The position numbers were made by a program, and so were the translations under genes. Below are positions 13,987 through 26,114 of a stretch of 64,000 bases of DNA, one piece after another. How positions within the stretch are numbered: the stretch's first letter is position 1; each line of letters begins with the position of its first letter. Source of the stretch: Octopus vulgaris (Eukaryota); assembly GCA_951406725.2 (NCBI GenBank), contig OX597819.1, positions 112,406,001 to 112,470,000 on the forward strand. Reading direction: 5' to 3'. The notes under the pieces were generated by a model. It ran no database searches and was not told the origin of the DNA. It saw only the letters and a list, made by a program, of their open reading frames with translations.

Positions 13987-15517
13987 AAGAAAAAGAAGAA
14001 AAAAATCGAAGCAGTGTACAAAAGTCTGTAGTTTCTTACGGAAGTATAAAACTACAAACGTTGTCGGAAGGAGGAACGGGTTAGGTCGATTACAACCCAA
14101 ATAACTGACTGATACATTTATTTCATCGAACTCCAACCCCCAACCCCAACCTCTAACCATAGGAGGATGACAAGCAGAATCGACTTCGGTGGTATTTAGA
14201 CACAATGTAAAACAAGGTAACTAATTAACGCAAGGCAATTTAATCCGAAGCTTTAAATGACTCTGCCTCTCCATCACCCTTTTGATGATGATGATGATGA
14301 TGAGGAGGAGGAGGATGGGGGCTGGTTTAACTGTATTGCGTTAATGGTGGATGAAAAGACAAAAAGAAAACCGTTTCGTAGCAGTTGACAGTAAAGGGAA
14401 AAAAATAATTGAAAACGATGTTTTAGGGACCACCTGTAGATAGCTCCCGATAATCTGCATGTGCGCGCGTACGGGTGCGTATACACACGCAGAAACACAC
14501 AGACACGCATACGAACATCTCATACGCTGCACAAGACGTGTAACAGCACATTTATACACACACAACAATGGTGAAAATTATATATATACAATATATATAT
14601 ATATATATATATATATACGTAGATTGATATTGGTGGATTGATTGATTGATTGATTGATTGTGTATGCAGTATGACAGAACGTATATATTAGGGATAGAGG
14701 AAAGAATTAAAGTAAATGTTAAAACATATACATACATATATTACACACACATATATATGTACATATGTGTGTGTGTCTGTGCATGTATATATGGAGAGAG
14801 AGAAAGAAAGAGGGATACACGCGCGCGTTGGAATACATACAGCACGCAGCATACCTATATACACTATCAGAATATAAGTGTGAATGTGTGTATACAATAC
14901 ATTCATAAATTACATACATATATTCTCTACAACACGAGACTACAGCCAGTTATAAACGCATACACATCTATTAATTTAAAACATGCATACATAGACACAT
15001 GCAAGCATATACTCACACATATACAAGGACATATATATCTGCCTATACATACATACATACATATATTCACATCATAATAGTACCCATACATCAGAGTGAA
15101 CAGCCATGTATATACACACAAAAAATTATACGCTCAATCATATACGATTATACAGCTAAAAGTCTGAGTGTATATATAGTGTTGTTTGTGTATACACACA
15201 CAGTTATAAACACAGGCGTAAACAAATATAAGAGGCGGGTGTAAGATATAATCATTCATCTTTAAGCGCGCGTGTACACATACAGAGATGTGCGCATAGA
15301 AACAAGTATATATATTGTGTGTGTGTGTGTGCACACATCTCACGTACGCACATAGATCTATCTATATATATATACTGATATACGTACGTGTAAATTATTG
15401 ATACACATCTGTCTACTTATAGATGAACATATTAATGTACATGCTCATATATATGTATATACTTCCAAATATACGGAAACATCTATGACTACAGAGATGA
15501 ACAGCTATAAACATACT

Positions 15518-15526
15518 GATAGATAG

Positions 15527-15560
<34 letters not shown>

Positions 15561-15820
15561 ATTGAGAAAGAGAGAGAGAGAGACAAAGAGAGAGACAGAG
15601 AGAGAGATAGAAACAGATAGAGAGAGAGAGAGAGACAGACAGACAGATAGATAGAAAGACAGATAGAGACAGACAGATAGATAGATAGATAGACAGATAG
15701 AGACAGACAGATAGATAGATAGATAAATAGATAGACAGAAAGACAGGCAGACAGATAGATAGATAAATAGATAGACAGATAGATAAATAGACAGACAGAC
15801 AGACAGACAGACAGATAGAC

Positions 15821-15855
<35 letters not shown>

Positions 15856-15960
15856 AATAGATAGATAGATAGATAGATAGACAGACAAAAATATAGTCAG
15901 AAACAGAGAATAGACAGAAACATAGAGATAGAGAGATAGACAGACAGACAGACAAAAACA
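15518..15960. repeat. Compound (GATA)n/(GACA)n/(GA)n microsatellite
   Basis: Direct reading. Confidence 0.95.
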
Positions 15961-16659
15961 GAGATAGCTAGATATGCATGGGTGAACAAGTGAAAATATA
16001 CCTCAAGAGATACACTGTGTATACACAGATAAATATAATCAGGGTATACACAGACACGCACACATCTGTACGTAGAGATGTAGACGATAAACATACATGT
16101 ATCTACATATATATACAGATACGCACACCATCTGTGTACATAAATACACATAAAACATATGTATATCTGTGTACACTCGCACAAATTATACATACATACA
16201 TATGTATATATAGACATATACACCTATACCTATGTACGTATAGCTGACAGCTATATACATATATATATAGGCATATACACATATACCTATGTACGATAAG
16301 CTGACAGCTATATACATATATATATATATACGTATGTATATAAATATATACGTATGTATATAAATGTATGTATATAAATGTATGTATATAATGAAGGCAG
16401 TATCTTTTTTCTATCTATATCTAAACGTGAAGATAACAAATTATACATCCATACATATATATTACACATACACACACACATATATATATATATATATACA
16501 CGCACATACATATAGATATATACATGTAACATACATCGACACATACACGCACAGGTATATATACACATACATGAATATGTATTTATGTATGTACAAAGGA
16601 CTGCGGCAACCAGGTATGTCTGTTGTCAGCCGGCGTACTATATGTCATGTCCATCTTAC

Positions 16660-16800
16660 CTTAGACTGCTATCGAGCGCTATAGCTCCCAGTACGAGAAT
16701 CCAGTGTAAGTAAGACAGATGGACGATCCTGCACTCTTCTTCTCTCGACATCCTTTCATACTGCAACGTCAAGTGACGTCGCCATTGCAGAAGGCAGAAA
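16660..16800 (-). other. Candidate 5' exon in CpG-rich unique sequence
   Basis: Consensus donor AAG|GTAAGA at 16660/16659, several short upstream ATG frames and a TGACGTC motif at ~16775. Start not defined. Confidence 0.3.
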
Positions 16801-17345
16801 CATTGAAAAAAAAAAAACTACAACTACACACACACATACATATACATATACACACACACACGCTCACATGTACACATGCACGGAAACACACGTACGCACA
16901 TATACGTATATCGACATACGCACATTCATAGACGTATGCATACATACACACACCAGACTGCTGCTGTGTGTTGAAAACGAGGCTGGATAATAATAGCATT
17001 GCCGCCGTGCCTATAGCGTAGTTAAGCTTAAATTTAGAGTTACCGTGTGTTTAGTGAGTCGGTTCAGAATGTTTTCCACAGATCGTATTATTAAATTTTA
17101 TGCCGGGTACATAGCATTAGTTTTCGTAGTGAACGTATGTGATGTCTGGTTGTGTGCATGCGTGTATGTGTGAGATATTTATATATATATATATATATAT
17201 ACGTGAGTCGTCTAAGACACATGCACGTATATATACATATATATTATACTTGTATATGTATATACACATAGATATATATGAGTATTATATATAAGTATAG
17301 CTGCATATAAATATTTATATAATGCATATATAAATACATACAGAC

Positions 17346-17393
<48 letters not shown>

Positions 17394-17434
17394 TTATGTT
17401 TGAGGGTATAGACTGATATATGTGTATGTATATG

Positions 17435-17496
<62 letters not shown>

Positions 17497-17514
17497 AATA
17501 TATATATATGTATG

Positions 17515-17555
<41 letters not shown>

Positions 17556-17623
17556 CTTCACACCAACACGCGTGGGTACATATATATCTGTGTCCATATA
17601 TAAATATATATCGTCAGTAGATC

Positions 17624-17710
<87 letters not shown>

Positions 17711-18224
17711 AGGAAATCATATATATATATATTTATTTATTTATTTATTTAGTTATCCAAAGAAATTAAAATAATTGCCTGGTAGCAATTGGAGATAATT
17801 TCGAAAGAAAAAGGGGACGTATTTTCAAAAATCGACAATTTTCCCAAACTGATATGCAGCCTGAATGTCTGGGAGAAAAAGAAGACAACAGTTGTGTTGA
17901 TGCCGCCTGTTGAAACGGAAACATGCGCCTTTTTATCAGTATCTCTTTTATTTAATGGAAAGTAAAAAATTGGGAAAAATTCTTTATTCGTGACATTGTC
18001 TCCCCTTCATTGTTGGAGTTGGACCCAATTGTCACCAAGCGATTGTTTTATCTTTTCTGGAAACGGAGATGATTTTATTAACTCTAGAATCTTTGTTCTT
18101 CAATATTTAATATCGTTATGTTCGGCTTTGTTGTTCAAATACATGCTATTGGCATGTGTATGGTTGGGTAATCTAGAGTGAGAGACAGACTGACTGACAA
18201 GAGATTCATATGTGTATGTATATA

Positions 18225-18438
18225 TACTCTTTTACTCTTTTACTTGTTTCAGTCATTTGACTGCGGCCATGCTGGAGCACCGCCTTTAGTCGAGCAAATC
18301 GACCCCGGGACTTATTCTTTTTGTAAGCCCAGTACTTATTCTATCGGTCTCTTTTTGCCGAACCGCTAAGTGACGGGGACGTAAACACACCAGCATCGGT
18401 TGTCAAGCAATGCTAGGGGAACAAACACAGACACACAA

Positions 18439-18513
<75 letters not shown>

Positions 18514-18648
18514 TACGACAGGCTTCTTTCAGTTTCCGTCTACCAAATCCACTCACAAGGCATTGGTCGGCCCGGGGCTATAGCAGAAGGCACTTGCCTA
18601 AGATGCCACGCAATGGGATTGAACCCGGAACCATGTGGTTGGTTAGCA
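18225..18648 (-). mobile_element. tRNA-derived SINE, family A
   Basis: Reverse complement has GGTTCCGGGTTCAATCCC B-box, GGCAAGTG..TTCT body, internal microsatellite and GTAAAAGA-repeat tail. Confidence 0.9.
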
Positions 18649-18939
18649 AATTAGATAATTTTCTTTTAACTCATATGTATGGTTGGGTAATCTAGAGAGA
18701 GAGAGACAGACTGACTGACAGAGATTCATATGTGTATGTATGTATGTGTATTTATGTTTACACAAATATACACATACGCGCGCGCGCACGTACAAGAAGT
18801 ACGGTTCCCAATTATATGGCTTCGGGTTCAGTCTTACTTCGTGGCTCCTGAGGCGAGTGTTTTCTTCTATGGTCCAATCGAAGCCTTCCGTGTGGATTTG
18901 GTAAGCAGAAACTGTAAGAAGCTAGATTTGTGTGTGTGT

Positions 18940-19003
<64 letters not shown>

Positions 19004-19117
19004 GTGTGTGGTCTGTGTCTGTGTTTGACCCAATACTACCACTGCTTGACAGCCGGTGTCGGTGTGTTTACGTCTCCGTCGCAGTCAGATGAATGAAACA
19101 GGTAAAAGACAAAAAAA

Positions 19118-19477
19118 TTGGCTGTGTGGTAAGTTGCTTGTTTACCAACGACATGGTTCCGGGTTCAGTCCCACTGCGTGGCACCTTGGGCAAGTGTCTT
19201 CTGCAATAGCCTCGGGCCGACCAAAGCCTTGTGAGTGGATTTGGTACACAGAAACTGAAAGAAGCCCGTCGGATATATGTATATGTGTGTTTGTCCCTCC
19301 AACATCGCTTGACAACCGATGCTGGTGTGTTTACGTCACCATAACTAAGCGGTTCGACAAAAGATAAAGATACAAGGCTTACAAAGAATAAATCCTGGGG
19401 TCGATTTGCTCGACTAAAGGCGGTGCTCCAGCATGGCCAGAGTCAAATGGCTGAAACAAGTAAAAGAGAAAAGAGAG
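19118..19477 (+). mobile_element. tRNA-derived SINE, family A
   Basis: TGGCTGTGTGGTAAG A-box, GGTTCAGTCCC B-box and the family tail. Confidence 0.88.
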
Positions 19478-19485
19478 CCTATATA

Positions 19486-19701
19486 CAGTAATCCCTCGCC
19501 ATATCGCGGTTCACCTGTCATGGTTCACCTCCCGCGGTTTTAAGCTTACGTCGATTCCTCTGTAGTGTTGTTTTGCATTTATAATAAAATAAATATATAC
19601 AAATTATAAAAATGATTAAAAAAGATACAGTACAGTACTGTTTCTACTTCGCAGATTTTCACCTATCGCGGCGTGTATTGGAACGTAACGAGGGATTACT
19701 G
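19486..19701. mobile_element. Tc1/mariner (pogo/Tigger-like) MITE
   Basis: TIRs CAGTAATCCCTCG / CGAGGGATTACTG with TA on both sides. Confidence 0.88.
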
Positions 19702-19748
19702 TAGATATGTATGTATGTTTGTATGTATATGTACATATGTATATGTAC

Positions 19749-19798
<50 letters not shown>

Positions 19799-19940
19799 AA
19801 TATAAGAGAGTGGTCACTATATTGCTCACTCTAGCACCAGTTAATCCAAAAGGTTTCAACCACGAAAATACATGTTTCCCATGAAAGTCAGTACGATTGT
19901 TAGCTCACACGGACAGCGCAAATAAAAAATAACAAAAATA

Positions 19941-20037
19941 CAGATTATTTTGGGACAATTGTTTCGCTATTAATGAATTAAATGTAATTTTACTTACAAA
20001 AAAAATCCATTTGTAGCTCGTCAGCCAAAACTATCTG
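19941..20037 (-). ncRNA. Minimal type-I hammerhead ribozyme, copy 1
   Basis: CAGAUAGUUUUGG-CUGACGA-GCUA(44 nt)UAGC-GAAA-CAAUU-GUC-CCAAAAUAAUCUG: intact core, 13-position stem I with one mismatch, palindromic stem III. Confidence 0.82.
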
Positions 20038-20476
20038 GATGAAATCCACTCAATCACACGCCAGATTTTACCATAACGATAAATACGCGTGTGGTTCAAT
20101 TGATTACATCCGACGTTATAATTCAAATGCCCCAACCAACAGCGCGCCAAACTTTCACGGAAAACAAATGCAGCATTTAGAAATAAATGCAGCATAATTA
20201 TAATTAATTAATAAGGGTGAGAGAATTAGATACTAATTTAATAGTATATTTATTCAACACCAAGTGGCCTAGTGCTCCGAGAAACCTGGATTATTATAAT
20301 ATTTTATAACATATTATAATATTTTTACAAAATAAATATAAGAGAGTGGTCACTATATTGCTCACTCTAGCACCAGTTAATCCAAAAGGTTTCAACCACG
20401 AAAATACATGTTTCCCATGAAAGTCAGTACGATTGTTAGCTCACACGGACAGCGCAAATAAAAAATAACAAAAATA

Positions 20477-20572
20477 CAGATTATTTTGGGACAATTGTTT
20501 CGCTATTAATGAATTAAATGTAATTTTACTTACAAAAAAATCCATTTGTAGCTCGTCAGCCAAAACTATCTG
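20477..20572 (-). ncRNA. Minimal type-I hammerhead ribozyme, copy 2
   Basis: Same fold; the GUC site is 536 nt from that of copy 1. Confidence 0.82.
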
Positions 20573-21552
20573 GATGAAATCCACTCAATCACACGCCAGA
20601 TTTTACCATAACGATAAATACGCGTGTGGTTCAATTGATTACATCCGACGTTATAATTCAAATGCCCCAACCAACAGCGCGCCAAACTTTCACGGAAAAC
20701 AAATACAGCATTTAGAAATAAATGCAGCATAATTATAATTAATTAATAAGGGTGAGAGAATTAGATACTAATTTAATAGTATATTTATTCAACACCAAGT
20801 GGCCTAGTGCTCCGAGAAACCTGGATTATTATAATATTTTATAACATATTATAATATTTTTACAAAATAAATATAAGAGAGTGGTCACTATATTGCTCAC
20901 TCTAGCACCAGTTAATCCAAAAGGTTTCAACCACGAAAATACATGTTTCCCATGAAAGTCAGTACGATTGTTAGCTCACACGGACAGCGCAAATAAAAAA
21001 TAACAAAAATACAGATTATTTTGGGACAATTGTTTCGCTATTAATGAATTAAATGTAATTTTACTTACAAAAAAAATCCATTTGTAGCGAAACAATTGTC
21101 CCAAAATAATCTGTATTTTTGTTATTTTTTATTTGCCCTGTCCGTGTGAGCTAACAATCGTACTGACTTTCATGGGAAACATGTATTTTCGTGGTTGAAA
21201 CCTTTTGGATTAACTGGTGCTAGAGTGAGCAATATAGTGACCACTCTCTTATATTTATTTTGTAAAAATATTATAATATGTTATAAAATATTATAATAAT
21301 CCAGGTTTCTCGGAGCACTAGGCCACTTGGTGTTGAATAAATATACTATTAAATTAGTATCTAATTCTCTCACCCTTATTAATTAATTATAATTATGCTG
21401 CATTTATTTCTAAATGCTGTATTTGTTTTCCGTGAAAGTTTGGCGCGCTGTTGGTTGGGGCATTTGAATTATAACGTCGGATGTAATCAATTGAACCACA
21501 CGCGTATTTATCGTTATGGTAAAATCTGGCGTATGATTGAGTGGATTTCATC

Positions 21553-21649
21553 CAGATAGTTTTGGCTGACGAGCTACAAATGGATTTTTTTTGTAAGTAA
21601 AATTACATTTAATTCATTAATAGCGAAACAATTGTCCCAAAATAATCTG
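21553..21649 (+). ncRNA. Minimal type-I hammerhead ribozyme, inverted-arm copy
   Basis: CTGACGA 21566-21572, GCTA 21573-21576 / TAGC 21621-21624, GAAA 21625-21628, GTC 21634-21636. Confidence 0.82.
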
Positions 21650-21918
21650 TATTTTTGTTATTTTTTATTTGCGCTGTCCGTGTGAGCTAACAATCGTACT
21701 GACTTTCATGGGAAACATGTATTTTCGTGGTTGAAACCTTTTGGATTAACTGGTGCTAGAGTGAGCAATATAGTGACCACTCTCTTATATTTATTTTGTA
21801 AAAATATTATAATATGTTATAAAATATTATAATAATCCAGGTTTCTCGGAGCACTAGGCCACTTGGTGTTGAATAAATATACTATTAAATTAGTATCTAA
21901 TTCTCTCACCCTTATTAA

Positions 21919-21972
<54 letters not shown>

Positions 21973-21992
21973 GTGTGTGTGTGTGTGTATAA

Positions 21993-22298
21993 TTTATTTA
22001 AAAGCAGTAGAAATATAACAAAAGCTGTTACTCAGAGTTTCACGTTCCCGTTCGTCGGACAGTTTTGTTTTGCATTTATTATAAAATAAATATATACAAA
22101 TTATAAAAAAATAATAATAAATATACAGTACAATTCTGTTCTGTGTTAACAAAACTGTCCGACGAACGGGAACGTGAAACTCTGATTAACAGATTTTGTT
22201 ATATTTCTGCTGCTTTTAAATAAAGCATATTACTCTACCTTTGGTATTTGAGTACTTTTTTTTCCACCGTGTTTCACATTTATATGCTTACTCCGGTA
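21993..22298. mobile_element. Second family of fold-back HHR-like element (PLE terminal-repeat-like)
   Basis: 21993-22069 is inverted at 22148-22224. Same family as 51901-52102. Microsatellite/TA flanks. Confidence 0.75.
22017..22069 (-). ncRNA. Minimal hammerhead-like motif, U4C core variant
   Basis: AACAAAACUGU-CCGACGA-ACG GGAA CGU-GAAA-CUCUGA-GUA-ACAG(C)UUUUGUU: 11-bp stem I with one bulge. A mutated copy lies at 22148-22200 (+). Confidence 0.65.
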
Positions 22299-22300
22299 TA

Positions 22301-22614
22301 TCTTTATATATTAAACTAAAGTTGTGTGTGTGTGTGTCTACTCCGATTTAGATTCCTAACTACTCCCACATTTTGCGGTGCAGTTTAACCAAAAGCAGGT
22401 ATCTCATAGTCGTGATTCATATCGAGCCCTTCTGGGTATTAGCGCGCGTCTACGATGAGTCTACGATTTAAAAAAAAATTACCATCATTTTTCCGCATTA
22501 CCATCATTTTTTAATGCATTTTTTGCTCGGTTTATATAAGGGAAGTAACTCTCTAAAAATGCTTATATAGTTATTTCCCTTACAAACCCGAGCAACGCCG
22601 GGCGATACTGCTAG
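22301..22614 (+). mobile_element. Non-autonomous Helitron
   Basis: 5' TC, subterminal hairpin CCCGAGCAACGCCGGG, 3' CTAG, inserted between A and T. Second copy at 61995-62389. Confidence 0.85.
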
Positions 22615-22987
22615 TATATACATATAAACATAATTTTGTGTATCACACTTTGAGCAGATATGTCATTGAAAGCCTAATCAGCTGCGGTATTCATCCAGAG
22701 ATAGCATCGCTTATGGACATATAGTGTTAAAAAAACACAGAAGTTTATTAGTAGCAGTCGAAATAACTCTGGCAGCCGTTGTGACATTGTTAAATGGACA
22801 TATCTACCCCTTTGCGCTTCGTTAGTAGCAATATCTCCTGGCATACCGCAGTTGACTCGAGTTTCAATCATGTGTTTGTTATAAGTGAGATTCACCGATT
22901 ATTTTAAAATATTTCTTCTCTCACACATAAAGAATATTTGTGTGTGTGTGCGCGCGCGCTTATGCATGTGTGTATGTATGTATGTTA

Positions 22988-23452
22988 TGTCAGGTCACTT
23001 TCGAGTGCTACTGGTAACATGTAACCCAGTACAACCTATTGCATGGTCGGGTCGTCGGCGACTAAACCGGCAACTCCACCAAGCTTGCTTTGTGAGGAGG
23101 GTGTTTATTGGTCACCATGCGAGATGAAAAACAAAACCCGTCAAAGGGCGGAGGAACTCTTGAGAGTCAACGGCCATCCAATAAATGTCTTAAGGCTGTA
23201 TCCTGCGCGGGGCCATAGAAATAATTGGACTGAATACCCGATCGTGCGGTTAAACCATTGGGAATGAAGGACTCCTAGCCTTTGTTAGGGCATTCTTCTA
23301 GGAGAAGGTAACTCAGGTAACTGGGATAACTCCGATATAAAAACCTGCGGGTCAGTGGTTACCGATGATGTTGACTTGTTCTTCTTTTCGGATTATGGCT
23401 GCTGTTGCTTAGTAAGTGAGATTGACTCAGTGCACAGCCTTTCTTCACTTTA
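22988..23452 (+). mobile_element. Non-autonomous RTE-derived element (5'-UTR portion)
   Basis: CTAGGAGAAGGTAACTC motif resembling RTE 5' regions; close inverted copy at 28581-29068. Confidence 0.6.
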
Positions 23453-23829
23453 AGAGAGAGAGAGAGAGAGAGAGAGTACTGTGGATTTATATCAATACGC
23501 TGAGTAATTTTTGCTAGAATATAATGTGAAGGAATTGTAGTTTTGTAGTTATGTGTGTATGGAATAGAGTAAGTGAGTGAGGATGTGTATTTATGATAAC
23601 ATGCGATTCTTTTCTCCTTGCAAAACAGGTATTAATAAAAACAAAAAAAAAAAAGGAAATCACCATGATGGTTTTCGAAGCCTCCGAAACTGGCAATAGA
23701 ATGAAGAAAAATTACTCACAGGTCGGAGTCCATCACTCTAAATTCTTTCTCTAGCTTATCCTGTTCATATCCTGGAACAAAACAAGAAAGCAACTTGCCA
23801 AATGCCACTTTCTTTTACTTCCAACAACT

Positions 23830-24200
23830 TCGTCTCAAGTCCTGCGCTTTCTTTAAACCAGTCCTGGTGTTTTATTTTAATGAATCCCGTCATAGAGGAA
23901 ACAGCTTCAAAGAGCTGAAGATCTCATGTCCATCTCGTGTACTTGATACGAGAGTACTGCTGCTGGCAAACATGACGGTTATCGAGTCCATGACGGTTAT
24001 CGAGTCCATCAGCTTAGGTGGTCTGGTCACCTTGTCCGTTTAGAGGACACCCACATGATACAGCAGATGTCGTACGGTGAGCAGAAGCAAAGAAAACGTC
24101 CCCAGTGCAAGCTACGCAAGCGTTTGAAAAACAATTTTAAAGACATACTTAAAAACATCAACATCGATACGGTTACCTGGGCCCATCTTGCATCAGGTTA
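23830..24200 (+). mobile_element. Degenerate RTE LINE ORF2 C-terminal fragment
   Basis: HQLRWSGHLVRL, YGE and FKDILK...IDTVTW motifs. Confidence 0.65.
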
Positions 24201-26114
24201 ACTCACCATAGCAGGTTCCAATATCCAGGTGGTCTGTTTATTGTAAGTGGGGTTGACTTGTGGTCGGCGTAGAATGACTTGTAGGCCTTGGGAGCCATAT
24301 GAGACGTCATCGGCGATGGGGAGACCAAACTTGAGATGCTCTTTAAATTGAAATGGGTCTAGGAAGTGCTCTTACTTTGTCACGAGTCAGCTTCTATCAT
24401 GTGTAAGTATGAAACAATTAGCATGCGTGAACGTGTATGTAAGAGGGAAAGAGAGAGAGAGAGAGAGTGTGTGTGTGTGAGAGAGAGAGAAAGAAATAGA
24501 CAGAGAGAGAAAGAGAGAGACAGTGTGTGTGCATGTGTGTGTGTCTGTGCAAGAGATAGAGAGCGAGAGAAAGAGAGAGAGAACGAAAGAGAGAGAGAGT
24601 AGTGTGGATTTATACCAATACGCTGAGTATTTTTGCTAGAATATATGTGACAGGAATTGGGAGTTATGTGTGTATGGAATAGAGTAAGTGTGTGAGGATG
24701 TGTATTTATGATAGCATGCGATTCTTTTCTTCCTGCAAAACAGGTATTAAAAAAACAACAAAAAAAGGAAAACATCATGATGGTTTTCGAAGCCTCCGAA
24801 ACTGGCAATAGAATGAAGAAAAATTACTCACAGGCCGGAGTCCATCACTAAAATGATTGCAAAAACGTGCTTTCGTCGATGTGAATATGTGGAAGAAAAA
24901 GAGTGGTAAAAGATGTGTCTATGAGAGTATGTGTGTGTTTTAAAGTATGCTAGTCAACTATTTATCTATGTAGCTGTTGTGTATACTGTGTATACAAACA
25001 TGTGTATACATACATAGATGCTTGTGTATGCATATGTAGATGAATGCTTGCGTACCAATATGTGTATGCTGGTATGTATGCATAGCTATCGGCAGAAGGC
25101 TGTGACTGTCAAAAAGTAGGGGGGGGGATAATTTGAAGGAACAACGAGTGACCTCATTATTAGTAATTAGTAATTATTAGAATATTTCAGAATTTAATCC
25201 AAAAGTATTCGTACTCCGTAAATCGAACTAAATTTTATAGAAACTTTATGGGATTTTATGGGATATCAAATAATAGTATATATAACTTTTGGATATTAGT
25301 TTTGTAGATTCTTTTAGTCAATTTGACATAGACAAACATGTATACATCAGCGAATACGAATTGGACATATTCATATATAGAATATAGGTATATCTGCGCA
25401 CGCACATGCGCTTGCGTGAGGGTGTGTTGTTCGACTATTTCCGTATTGTTAAAAGTTTCCTGCATTGAGTCTGAAATTTCATTATTTTACACTCACCGAT
25501 GACCAAGCTTTTAAATAAGGTCAAACACTTAAGTATAACGAAATAGTCCTATTTTGCAACATTAAATTATACCAGACTCTACACATCTTTAACACATTGA
25601 ACAAACGGCAGTCATGTCTACATTGATCACATTGACCTTGGCTACTATTATGAGTCAGCAACACGTTCTAACATCATTTCATCTCGAAGATGAGGCGACG
25701 AATGTCTGGAAACGTTAATGATGTATTTAAGAATTATACTGGCCTAATCAAACTCAGGAAATTATTTCAAAAATGGAAATAAACATGACAAAAAAAGATG
25801 AAACTAGAGCAAGTCGTGCTTTCTATACAATGCGCCTGTTCTTCGCGCGCGCGCATGCATGCACATGTATATATATACATCTAAGTAATAATTTTAAATT
25901 CCGGTATACACCTTGTATGCTGTTTAAAGCCCGTTCACTGTATTCGGCTACCTGATATCATCAACAGTATGGATTTAAATGCCAGTTGGTTTACTTCAGG
26001 AATTCCTTCGTGTACGTAGAATTTATAAAGTGTGAAAGAAAGAGAAAGAAAATAGAATTCACGAGATTCCTTATTAATCACTACGATCGTTTCGACTCAT
26101 TGTGCAACGATCCG

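Larger units (their letters stand above)
19795..21926. mobile_element. Hammerhead-containing ~536-bp tandem plus inverted array (retrozyme / PLE pseudo-LTR-like) inserted in (TA)n
   Basis: Units start at 19795, 20331 and 20866. The sequence inverts at 21085-21088 and runs ~840 bp as the reverse complement to 21926. Copies are near identical, there is no long ORF, and (TA)n lies on both flanks. Confidence 0.85.

Noticed and set aside
16649-16723. Imperfect hairpin containing CATCTTACC, resembling the miR-8 5p arm
   Set aside because: There is no miR-8 3p arm; CTTACC is better read as a minus-strand splice donor.
23005-23070. Possible HDV-like ribozyme at the RTE-derived 5' end
   Set aside because: I could not build P2, P3 and P1.1 in the required order.
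25670-25725. ACATCATT...GAAACGTT-AATGATGT hammerhead-like arrangement
   Set aside because: The core and stem II are too degenerate to support.
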